The translations under genes and the position numbers were made by a program. From Lama glama (lineage: Eukaryota), in NCBI GenBank assembly GCA_028534125.1, contig CM052818.1, positions 18,478,001 to 18,542,000 of the forward strand: DNA of 64,000 nt, written 5' to 3'. The notes under the pieces are model-generated. The model saw only the letters and a list, made by a program, of their open reading frames with translations, was not told the origin of the DNA and ran no database searches. The first letter of the stretch is position 1; the number at the start of each line of letters is the position of its first letter. This document shows, piece after piece, positions 52,259-62,921 of the stretch.

Positions 52259-52974
52259 AAAAAAATATGAGTTGTTTTCAGCTGCTTAGTTCATGGTAAT
52301 CTGTTACAAAACAATAGACAATTAAAACATAGAGCAATTATTTAGAAAGGAAGCAAATGCCAGGGCTGTAAAGGGGGAGGAATATGAGAAAGTATTATAT
52401 CTTTCAATGTTAGTTGTTTAAAGCCATTTGGGTAGTTTCAGCAGGAACATTACTTTGATGCAATTTTTTTAAGTAAAAACTTAAACACATTATAAGACTG
52501 TTGAAGTGTGTGTTAATACCTGAGATGGTCTGAAACTGGAAGAGCCAGTCACAGCAGGGTCTGAGGGGAAGATGAAAGTCAGGAATAAGGGAAACCAGGT
52601 GTTAATATAAAGTGCAGAGGGTGGGAAGTGACATCCTAAACTTGATAAAGAGGCAAGACTTGGAAGGAAGAGTTGGAAATCAAACCAATGGTGAAGCTAG
52701 AGCATAGGGGTGAGGGTAGGATGTTTACAGAGCTATCCTGGCCATCTGAGAACCATATAACACCAACTGGCATCTGTGTTCACTTTATAGGTTACCAGAC
52801 ACAGAGAACATGATGTATTGAGCTGACTCAGAGATGTAGGATTGGGACAGAAAATAACTTTCTATTTTTCTTCTCCTCAAAGGAACAGATTTATATTATT
52901 AGCTTTACAAAGCATTCTGATTTTTTAATTTAAATATCCAACTTTCTATGTCTCTCAATTAGTTAAGTTATTTT

Positions 52975-53121
52975 ATTTTATTTTTTACTTTTTGCGTGTG
53001 TGTAGGGGGTGGGCAGTAATTCGGTTTATTTATTTATTTCTAGAGGAGTAACTGGGGATTGAACCCAGGACCCTGTGCATGCTAAGCATGCGCTCTACCA
53101 CTTGAGCTATATCCTTCCCCC
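52975..53121 (-). mobile_element. tRNA-derived SINE (Vic-1-like)
   Basis: GGGGATTGAACCCAGGACC...GCATGCTAAGCATGCGCTCTACCACTTGAGCTATATCCTTCCCCC. TSD TCAATTAGTTAAGTTATTTT (52955-52974) / TCAATTAGTCAAATTATTTT (53123-53142). Confidence 0.9.
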
Positions 53122-53520
53122 ATCAATTAGTCAAATTATTTTAAGTTACTGCATTCTCCGTTGATTAAACAAAGCTAATCTCTTTAAATCACTGTAATCT
53201 TGCTGAATATTCAGGTTATCTCAAATTTGTCAGGTAGACTCTATTATCATGAACATCTTCATTCTCATAGTATTTTATTGTTCAATTATTTTCTCTGGAA
53301 AATTCTCAGTTCTAGAATCACTGGATCGAGGAGTGTAAACCTATGTCTAGCTCTAGACAGGAACTACTATATTTGTTTTCCAAAAGGCTCAAACCATTTT
53401 AAATGCATGAGTGTATTTGTTTTACAGTTATTTCTCTACCACTGGGTGCTTCCTTTAACTGACCTTTCGTTTGGCTAACTTAGTAGAAGTAAATTCATAC
53501 ATAGGATTCTCTTTAATTTT

Positions 53521-53585
53521 CTTTTTTTTTATATATATATATTTTTTTATTGAAGTATAGTCAGTTTACAGTGTTGTGTCAATTT
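53521..53585 (-). mobile_element. Very short L1 3' tail
   Basis: TTTTTTTTATTGAAGTATAGTCAGTTTACAGTGTTGTGTCAATTT, flanked by GATTCTCTTTAATTTT / GATTTTCTTTAATTTT. Confidence 0.75.
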
Positions 53586-55140
53586 AGATTTTCTTTAATT
53601 TTTGTATCTTTAATTTCAAAGTAGAATAAACTTTTCCTTTGTGTTTGCCTATCACTTGTCTTGTATCTTGCATGGATAGTCTGTTCTTTGCTGCACAGCC
53701 AGATGGCTCTCTGACAGCTCCTTTGATTCCTCTCCCTCCCTGTTAGGTATCCTGCCATCCTGTCCTGAGACCACATCTCTTCTCCCAGAAATCTCTCCCG
53801 GGCTTTCATCTATCTCCCTGGAGCAGTGTTTCTCAGAGGGTAGAATGGGGTCCTCTCTCCAAAAAAAGTCACCTGAGACACTTCTAAAATGCACCTTTCC
53901 TATCCTGATGCCAAAATGTCCAGAAGCAGAATCTCCCAACGTGGACCCCCTAGATCTGCCTCTTCAACAACTTCCAAGTGATTCTAAGAGTTTGACAACC
54001 ACTGATGTAGGATCACCCAATTTGTCTATCCCATTTCAGTGTTTCCATTGCTCTGCATCAGTGTGGTTCAGCCGCCTTGCGGGTCTCTCCAGCGTAATGT
54101 CACCTCAGGCTCCACACTTCCTAATAGCGCTCCTCATCTTCCAGTACTGCCCCTCTCCCACGGGCACCCTCAGCACTGCTGCAAATCAGCTCCTGCTACA
54201 TTTCTTCTTGATGAAAGCAGGACTCCCTTTCCTCCAGTCCATGGGCCCCACATGCACAATTCAGTACTGACAGCTATTTCCAAACTGTTCTTTGGAGAGT
54301 TCCCTCTTGATAAAGGCTTTGCAGGACCTGGGGTAACGACTGGCCTTTCTGTTTGTCTGCGTGCCACACCACGTCCAGAAAGCACAGTTCAATGTGGCAG
54401 ATATTATCAGCGGCAGGCAGGCAAAGCTATGGCTCTCCCGCTGTCTCTAATAGAGCTGCACCCTAGCAAGTGGATCTCTCGGCGGGCTTGACGGCCTGTC
54501 CCTAGCCCGCCTAGGACAGGATGAGAGCAGAATGGTGAGAGAAGAGGGCCACAGCCCCCACACAAAGCAGCCAGAAGGAAAACAGAGGCCCTAATCTCTG
54601 CTTTAAATGCATCTGAAGGCGAATCACAGTCACACCTGACAGCTCCGATGGGAGGAAGCTTCCTGTGAACTCTTCCCTCTCTGCTGGTGAGGTTCATTCA
54701 TCTTCTAAATTCTACATCTGCATGGCCTTCAAAAATTATTCTGAAAATTATTAATTCCACCCAATGCTGTAACTTCTATTTAAAAAGGGAAACTTGGGAA
54801 GGCTATGCTGAACCTAAAAAAAATATTGATAACATTCAGGGTTTCTAGACGTTGAGTGTCCACATCAAAGGTGGAGAGAGAAGAAGAGGGATCCAGGCAA
54901 CCCTCCTGTCACCACCAAAGCTACACATTGGTGGGCTATGTCCATGCTAAGGGCAGCCCTGGATTCTAGCTCAGTGAAGGGGTTCTTTGACATAGAAGTC
55001 AGGTGCCTGAACATTTGTGAATAAATCTGTTTTCTCAACATGTTGTCCCAAATCAGTGTTCTCAAAATGGGTCCCAGAGTCCTGGGGCCATATATTATGG
55101 CCCTCCTGGAGATTCAGAATGCATGTTAAAAGTTCTGAGA

Positions 55141-55336
55141 AACTGAATAGATAAATAGCAAAGTCCTACTGTATAGCACAGGGAACTATATTCAATGGCT
55201 TCTAGCAATCTGTAATGAAAAAGAATGTGAAAAAGAAAATATATGTATAACTGAATCACTTTGCTGTACACCAGAAACTAATGCAACATTGTAAATCAAC
55301 TATACTTCAATTTTTTAAGTTAAAAAAAAGCTTTAA
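55141..55336 (+). mobile_element. L1 3' tail with TSD
   Basis: GTCCTACTGTATAGCACAGGGAACTATATTCAA...GTAAATCAACTATACTTCAATT. AAAAGTTCTGA on both sides. Confidence 0.85.
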
Positions 55337-57097
55337 AAAAAGTTCTGATAAATTGTCTAGCAAAGAAACTTATTTAACTTTTTTAACCCAATTTTTCCGA
55401 AATTTCTTGAGCTTTGACACCTTTTCCCTAAATACTGCCAATTACCAAGGCAGGCCACCAGTATCTGTGGTACATACTTTGATTAATTCTACATCTGTTT
55501 TTAAAAAATCAAATCCTCTAGTTTTTGTGGATATATTTCATCATTTAGAAAGTCCTCTCTTTCTTTGTATTGGCTCTACCTAATACTTTAGCTTGAAATT
55601 TCTAAACCAAGGTCGCAGTTTGCTAGGAGGCCTTGCCTAAAATTCAAAGAATGCCTTGTGAATTCTTTAGCAAAATACAACCTCTCTAGAAGGAATAACG
55701 GGGTTTGATGTCACTACCTCTTTGTTCACTCATCCATCGTTCCTTCATTTGTTTGCTCACTCACTCGACTTGCTTATTCCCAGAAGCACTGTGATAAATC
55801 CTGCCAATGCAAAGGGGAAAGATTCACCATGTTTGTGACGAGTCCTATGACAGATATAAGAATAGAAAAGTTCCATTTCTCTCCCAGCTGAGAAGGGGTG
55901 GGGGAAGTAGGCAGTTCAAATAAAGGTCACGGCAAGGCTGAATAGTGAAGATTAGGAATTTTGGTTGCAAATGAGTGAGACTCAATTCTAATTAGCTTAT
56001 AAGCAAAAAAAGGGATGTATTGGCTCATTACATTGGCAAGTCCAAGGGAGGTGCTGGCTGGCCTCAGATTCTGTTTGCCCCATCTGTCTCTCTTCTCGGT
56101 TTTTCTCTCTGTAGTCTTAAGTCACAGCCAGAACAGACAGGCTTTTCCCAGGAGACAAGGAGGACAGCAGACCTCAGTTCATTCACGGCCTTCCAGCAAC
56201 ATAACCAAAAAGGCAAGGCCCTTTCTCCTGCTCTCCCTCTGTCAGCCTGGGAGAAGGATTCTCATGCCCCAGACCAGACTTTACCCTCCATTCCCCGACC
56301 CATGTCCAGGACCAGGGCCCAGGTGCCCATCGGCCTGTAGCTTTGAGCTCCTCCCAAGGCCCACAGGAACCCCAGGGCAGCTCTGGGGGTGGCACAACTG
56401 ATCACACCTTTGATTTCACACCATGTGGACAATGAAATGGAGGATGAAATTTCTAAGCAAGCAATAGAGAGGTTGCATGAAATTTCAGAGTATAACTTTC
56501 AGGGATCATCTTTTTTTGTTTTGTTTTGTTTCTTGTTCCAAGTGGCAAGATGGACAACTCCCAGGCATAACTCTATATTTTTCTTACACATTTTTTCTTC
56601 CTCTGCCCTTACATTCACCTTTCTTCTGAGGGAACAGTAAAACCACTGCTTTTAAGAGGAAGAAGTAGCAGCTATGATACTAATAGGGTATGTGTTCAAG
56701 AACCAGAAAATCTTTCCTATTCTACTTGAGATTTTTTAATTACTTTGCTGACTTCCTCCAACTCCAGTGCCTTAGTGTTGTTGAGTTTTGACCTAGTAAG
56801 ACATGAAGAAAAATAGGATCTATGATCTTGTAAAATTGCTCACTTCCCCTGCACCCCCACCCCAAAAAACTTCAAATAAGTAAACTGATTGCTACTTAAA
56901 AGAAAAAAACTTCAGCATTACAACCAGTTGAGCAATTTTGCACACATACTCACACACACACACAATACTATTTGTATGCACATACACCAGGTTTCTTAAA
57001 CAATGAATCACAATTCTTAAGCTTCATTCAGAGTTCTTGGTAAAGATTCTTGAGCTTCGTCTTTCCAAAACCAATTTAATTCTAGAATTTCCATTTT

Positions 57098-57290
57098 AGT
57101 GTTTCACAAATTGTGTTCTGGGAAACTTAGGCATTAAAATTACTTGGGGAGCTTGTTAAACTGCAGACTTCTGGGCCCCACTCTGTACCAACTGAATCAA
57201 AATCTCTTTGGAAAGACTGTCCCAGGAATCTTTGTTTTTAAAGTTTTCCCAAATGCTACTTCTGCACCCTACAATATGAGCAGATCTGTT
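57098..57290 (+). mobile_element. MER5-like DNA transposon
   Basis: TACTTGGGGAGCTTGTTAAACTGCAGACTTCTGGGCCCCAC...ACTGAATCAAAATCTCT...CCCAGGAATCTTTGTTTTTAA. Confidence 0.65.
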
Positions 57291-59997
57291 CTATAATTTT
57301 GGAGAGCTTTATTAGGATTTCTGAGTTGTAGTGCCAGGTATTTTTATATCTCTAAGATAGAATAAACTTCTTATGAATTCCATGAACTTTAGTTTGTCAG
57401 CAAAATATAATTAGCAATCCTTGTGGGTCATACTCTATTGAAGTTCTGTGACAAAAGTAACTATGAGCATAGTTATATGACACAGAAGTCCTTCAGATTT
57501 AAAAATATTCACTCTAAATAGGTCACATATTAATGAGTAGAATAGGTAAATTCCATTGTAGCAAACTTTGGTGATTATAGCAAACAATTCAATGTGATTT
57601 TGTTATAACAGGTACATTGCAAGAACTGACATAATGATTAAGATCCAACTGAAATTAAACATAGAAAAACTTATGAAAGCTCATTACAGTTGTGAATTTT
57701 CTTCCAAAGAAACAACTTTACCTCTTCATAAACAAGATTTTATTTCCAATCCACGACAAGAAATAATAAGTCAACATACACAATCCAACTCCTTCCACAA
57801 ACAGGAGCTGACCACAAAAGTGTTGACCACAAAGTCCTTGCACTTTAGAGCTATAAGACCCTTAAGGATTGTGAACTTCTCTTAGGGATAAGGAAACTGA
57901 AGACCAAGTCACACTACTGATGACAGTCAGGATATCCTGACTGCCCAAAACTTCTCCTACCAGAGTATAAGTAGCCCCCAAGGATACCCAAGCACAGAAT
58001 CAATGGTTCTTCAGGGGTGAGAACAATCATTCTTTTTAAATAACAGGTATGCTATGAAGTAAAAAGAAAAAGTCATATAAAACATAAGACTTGAAATAAA
58101 TGCCACTTGGCAACTTTGAATTATTCACTCCTTCTTTCCTGCAATTCAGGCTACACGGTGGAAATGTTTGAAAAGCCCAGAGCTACCCAACTCCCCTACC
58201 AAAATCTAACAAATTAAGAAGGGAAAGAAAATGTGACCTCAAAGGAGTCATGAGTAATTACTTGATACCTATCCAGATAGATCCAGAGTGGTTGAGAATT
58301 AATCAAGCAAGTTTGTTAAGTTCTGCTCAGATGACTTACTACGCATCTATTATAGGTATGTGCCTGGGTTTCATTTATTCATTCTGTTATACAACAGATA
58401 CACACTGAGCACCTACTAGGAGCCAGAAATTAAGATATGTCCTGGCATATCAAGGTGAAGAGTCAGGGGGAAGCAAAACTAAAGCAGTAATTACAGAGTG
58501 TAGTATTACAGGCTGTTGAGTCAGGAGCAGTGGGCACAACTACTCAGCTAGTTTGGGTCCGAGAAGATGTTACAGTGGAAATGACATTGGGCTGAGTTTT
58601 GAAGGACAACCAGAAATTTGACGGAATATGAGAAAGAAAGAGAAAATCATTTCAGGTAAGTGAATGGCATATACAGAGGTATGGAAGGGTGAGGAGATCA
58701 GGTAGGCAGTTGAGGAGAGGGATCCAGAGAAGAAAGACAACATTATAGACATAAACTTTGTTTTTCATGCCACCTAGCACAATGCAGGCAAAGCCAAATG
58801 GTTTTTTTAATCCAAAAAAAAAAAAAAAAACCTACCTTCCTTGGGCAAGAGACTCACAAGAGACTACAGACTGGTGACTGAGCTGGTCTGACCTCCAGAG
58901 TTACCTTCAAACCAGAAAGAAAGAAATCTGTTCTTTTGCTTCCTGTCTGTAGAGTCTTAGACACCTTCCCAGCTCTCAAAGTCCACCTCTTTCCATAGTC
59001 CAAACAGAGTCCTTGGAAGAGAACTTTTTCAACAATGAAATTAAATAGGGGAAACTTTGCAACCCCATGGTTAACCATAAAACTTGCCTCCTTTCCAGTA
59101 CCTTGGTGTGCAGATCACACATTAATCTTTTTTTATTGGTAAGACAAAGTGGGTGACAGGCATGAGTACAAACAAGTTTCTACTACTTAAGAGCTGTGTG
59201 ACTTTGGAGAAGTCACAGGACCTCTCAGGACATCATTTTTCTCATTGCAAACTCCCTGCTAGTTTATGGTGAAACTTAGACATGATGTGAGGGAGAGAAC
59301 CTTCACAGGGTCTCGCCTACACTGGGCCTCCCATTAGGGCAGGGCAGCTGCTGTACATTATCATAGCAGTTATGTTCATTCAACAAATCTTTATTGAGGA
59401 CTTCCCACATAGGAGCCAGAAATATAAAAATAAATCTGAACTGGACTTTGCTCTCTAGGACTTCACAATCTATAGTGAAGACAAAAAATAGATTCAAGTC
59501 GCTATAGCCTAAAGAGAAAAGTGATTAGTACAGAGAGAAATGCAGAGACGTTACTGGGGATGTTGGGAGGACAGTGATGTGAGCGAGCTCATGGGAGAGA
59601 AGGGGTAAGGATTTGGGGCTGAGAATGAAGGTGACGAGGAGGAGCGTCTGAGCTGAGCACGCTCACCCCTTCCAAAGTGGATAGGGTGGGTATCAGTCTT
59701 TCCCTCTCACAGAAGAAATAACAGTTTCGGGGAGGGGACACAACTCACTAAACTGCATACTCATAATTACAGCAGAGCCAGGAAGGGAATTCAGAGCTCC
59801 CCATCCCTCATCCAAAGCATTCACCATGACCATACTACCTCCTATAACTAGGGCCATCTGTAGATGGAGAGGCGAGGCCAGAGCAGGGAACTCAGAAAAA
59901 AGGTGATGGAGGTCCCTCTGGCCACTGGCCCGGGTCGAGGCAGAGCGGATACTCAGCGGGGCTGGCCGTCGAGGGTTGGGGGTGGAGGGGAAGGGCA

Positions 59998-60044
59998 GGG
60001 GCGGGCCGGCGCGGGAGGAGTGGGAGGGCAGGCGTGGGGCGGGG
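59998..60044 (+). promoter_or_regulatory. LHCGR: Two Sp1/Sp3 GC boxes of the LHCGR core promoter
   Basis: GGGGCGGG at 59998-60005 (about -123 from ATG) and GGGGCGGGG at 60036-60044 (about -85). This matches the known two-Sp1-site, TATA-less architecture of the human and rat promoter. Confidence 0.8.
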
Positions 60045-60120
60045 AGAGGGGCGCGGGCCGCACTCCGGGGCTGTCCTGGGTCCCAGCCCAGCCGCACAAC
60101 CCGCGCTCAGGCTCCCGGTC

Positions 60121-60296
60121 ATGGGACGGCGGTCCCCGGCGCTGCGGCCGCTCCTGGCACTGCTGCTGCTGCTGCTGCCGCCGCCGCCGCCGCCGCCGCC
60201 CCGGGCGCTGCGCGGGGAGCCCTGCCCCGAGCCCTGCAGCTGCCCGCCCGACGGCGCCCTGCGCTGCCCCGGCCCACGGGCCGGCCTCAGCCGACT
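60121..60296 (+). CDS. LHCGR: Luteinizing hormone/choriogonadotropin receptor, coding exon 1 (signal peptide and N-terminal Cys-rich LRR cap); gene continues beyond the window
   Basis: Translation [59 protein letters not shown] matches the mammalian LHCGR motif [25 protein letters not shown]. Strong Kozak context (GTCATGG). Phase-2 donor CT|GTGAGT at 60297. Confidence 0.97.
60160..60201 (+). repeat. LHCGR: Coding trinucleotide repeat (CTG)6(CCG)7CCC = Leu6-Pro8
   Basis: Read directly: CTG x6 at 60160-60177, CCG x7 at 60178-60198, CCC at 60199-60201. Confidence 0.95.
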
Positions 60297-61104
60297 GTGA
60301 GTACGCGGCGCCCCCGCCCGGGACCCTCGCTTGCTGCGGCCACCTTCCCGGCCTGCCCTTTGGCCCCGTTTACCTGGATGCTCAGAGAAAGGCGATTCGC
60401 CCTGTCAAACCCCACCACCTCTCAGGGTGATGAGAAGCTAAAGCTTGGGAGCTGTCTTTGCTGTCCCCTGCCGCGCCTTGGGTTGGGGCTCTGTCTGCTG
60501 GCGCACCCTTCAGCCTCTGGAGACCCCAGGCCCATTCTTTCCCCCTGGTTTGGGCCACTGTCAGGGGCATGAACTGCCCAGAAACCACAAGGGAATGCCT
60601 CGCTCCCTGTGCTGCTGGAAGCGGTCAGGGTGTCATGCTCCTTGGTCAGCAGCTGTCTCTGCCTGGAGAAGTCTTATGTGGTCTTTGAGCCTTGTTAGCT
60701 CTGGCACCTTGCGGTCCCCTAGGAATGGGGTGCCCAGGCCCTGTGGCCAGGGGTGACCTGGTCACTCAGTGGGGGCTGCTGGCCAGCACCTCCCCCAACC
60801 AGTGCCCACCAACAGCTTAGTGACCTTACAAGCTTACACACCAGCCCCAAGTGTACTTGCATTTCAACCTGGTGGTCTGATCAGATGTACCTGCATTTCA
60901 GTCTGGTTGCCTGATCAATGAGAGGCCTTGAGTCCCACCTCGGGCACCCCACCACCCCTCTACATTCACAGAGGTGGCTAGGGGAACTGCCTACATCAGC
61001 AAGCAGTTGCAGAAGTTGTTCACTACAGAGAAGCGGTGAAAAGGAGAGGGAGGCCTTTGGTACTAGCGTATCCAAGTGTCATCCAGCCCCCTTTCTTCAA
61101 TTCA

Positions 61105-61370
61105 GAAAAAAAGTACCACACATAATATGGTTCTATTTATATGACATGTCCAGATAGACAGGAGATTAGTAGCTATCATGTTGGGGTGAAGGCCCAGTGA
61201 CTGCTAAAGGGTGTTGCATTTGGGGTGGCAAAAATTGTCTAAAATTAGATACTGGGACCTTGGGCAGGTTGCACAACTCCATGAATACACTGAAAATCAC
61301 ACTTAAAATGGGAGAATTTCATGGTATATGAATTAAAGCTTGATAAAGTCATTTAAAGAGAAAAAAAAAA
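61105..61370 (+). mobile_element. Old L1 3' UTR fragment
   Basis: TTCTATTTATATGACATGTCCAGA...GTGACTGCTAAAGGGT...GGTTGCACAACTCCATGAATACACTGAAAATCAC...ATGGTATATGAATT. Confidence 0.7.
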
Positions 61371-62762
61371 GAAGAGGACTATAAAATTATCCAAAAGGCA
61401 CCCAGCCAGTGGAGGTCTTGGTTATGTTCTAATCCTTAGAGGCGACGGAGTTTCATGCTGGGGAGGAAAGAGAGCCCCACGCCCAACACTTCCTTGGGCT
61501 CCCAGCAATCTGTCAGGAGCCCATTTCATGAAGGGGATTCTCCCACCCTCCTGAGGGGCTGAGCTTCTCCTCTGGAAGAGTTAGTGGCCTCTGGGGAATA
61601 TTTGTGGTTGAGAGATAACAGTTTAAAGGTTGAGGGATTTATATTAATTAGTTTCCATTAATTATCTTGTCGGCTCAAGTCCCTGAAGGTGTGGACCATG
61701 CTGACAGAATTAGTTTCAATCAATAAGTAAATCCATGGAAGTGGCCTTCAGAGTCTCAGCCTCTGTCCTTCCCCAACAAGCCTCCCATCTTGCTCTTATC
61801 AATGACTGTGCCACTACCACTGTGCCTTTCTCACTCGCCTTATGGATGATTCTCTTACAGGTTATAAGAAATTTATCATACAGGTTATAAGAACCTGATT
61901 CAAAGAGATGGGATAACCTGCTCAAGGGCCACACAGCTATTGAGTAGCAAAGACAGGACTTCATCTGCTGTCTAAAAAGATATAAAATACCAAAGATGCA
62001 AAAATATTTGCTTGTCTTTGTATGAAAAATTACCCCTTTCTTAAAAAAAAAAAAATTCCCAGCTTCTCCAAACTGGAACTGAATGAAGAACCCCTGGTGG
62101 GAGGCAGGCCTGGGTGAGCCAAGTCCCAGTTCCATTCTGATTCAGGTTTCCCCTGAGATGTCCCAGCAGTTCCTGCTGCCACACCCATGCTGGCCTCAGG
62201 AGAGCAGTACCTCTTTGCTGGAGAAAGCCAAAGTGAAAAGAATAAAACTAAATAAATTCTTTCACTGCCTCACAGCGCAGTTTAGAGAAGCCCAGAACCC
62301 CTCAAAAAGATTTTATAGGATTGACTAGGTTTGGGGACGTAGGTGGGAAGCAGGCAGGATATGCGTACTGCGAGCCTGCTGAGGCTGTCTAGTCCCGCTC
62401 CCAAGAATGAGCCAGTTGTTCAGGCTCTGAAGCCCTTCGCCATCCAGGTGGGATTCCAGAGAATCCTTGACTTCCTCCCTTCACATGCACTATCATGGCA
62501 TGCACACCAGGAGCATCTTCTCCCAGACACTGAAACCCCTTAGGTCAGCAAGCTCACTGACCCTCACAAGGTCAGGCTCCCTGAGGATCAGATCATTGAG
62601 AGGTGACCTCATCCTTCAGGTAAGAACCCTATGGAGGTAGAGCCTATGAAGCCCAAAACAGGATAAGTTTTTCAGCACAATAAGGTGACTTCAACATCCA
62701 TATGACAAAAGAGATGCATAAGAAGGAATAGGAGGGTAGTTAATTTAAGGCAACTTGCCTCA

Positions 62763-62921
62763 GACCAGCAGCATAAGTACCACCTGGGAAATAAAAGAAA
62801 TGTATATTCTCAGTCCCAAGCCCCAATCTGCTGCATCAGAAACTCTGAGGGTGTGGTCCAGCAATCTGTGTTTTAACAAGTTCCCCAGATAATTCTGATG
62901 CATGCTAAAGTTTGAGAATCA
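62763..62921 (+). mobile_element. MER5A DNA transposon
   Basis: GACCAGCAGCAT...CACCTGGGAA...TCAGAAACTCTGAGGGTGTGGTCCAGCAATCTGTGTTTTAACAAG...ATTCTGATGCATGCTAAAGTTTGAGAA. Confidence 0.85.

Larger units (their letters stand above)
59920..60500. promoter_or_regulatory. LHCGR: CpG island spanning the LHCGR promoter and exon 1
   Basis: Abrupt rise in GC and CpG density relative to the CpG-depleted remainder of the window. No TATA box upstream of the ATG. Confidence 0.9.

Noticed and set aside
53845..54697. Cluster of 96-150 aa ORFs
   Set aside because: No recognisable homology or splice structure. The first part overlaps a MER5-like remnant, and such lengths are expected by chance in GC-richer DNA.
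1..59900. FSHR, STON1 or GTF2A1L exons, or processed pseudogenes, expected from synteny
   Set aside because: No ORF in the track resembles these proteins. Short or degraded exons and lncRNAs cannot be excluded without alignment or RNA data.
60034..60120. In-frame GTG-initiated 29-aa N-terminal extension of LHCGR in the ORF track
   Set aside because: The GTG overlaps an Sp1 box in the promoter/TSS zone. ATG 60121 has a strong Kozak context and matches orthologous starts.
59693..60756. Overlapping ORFs (188 aa, 198 aa, 134 aa antisense and others) around exon 1
   Set aside because: Stop-poor GC-rich CpG island. Only the frame starting at ATG 60121 matches a known protein.
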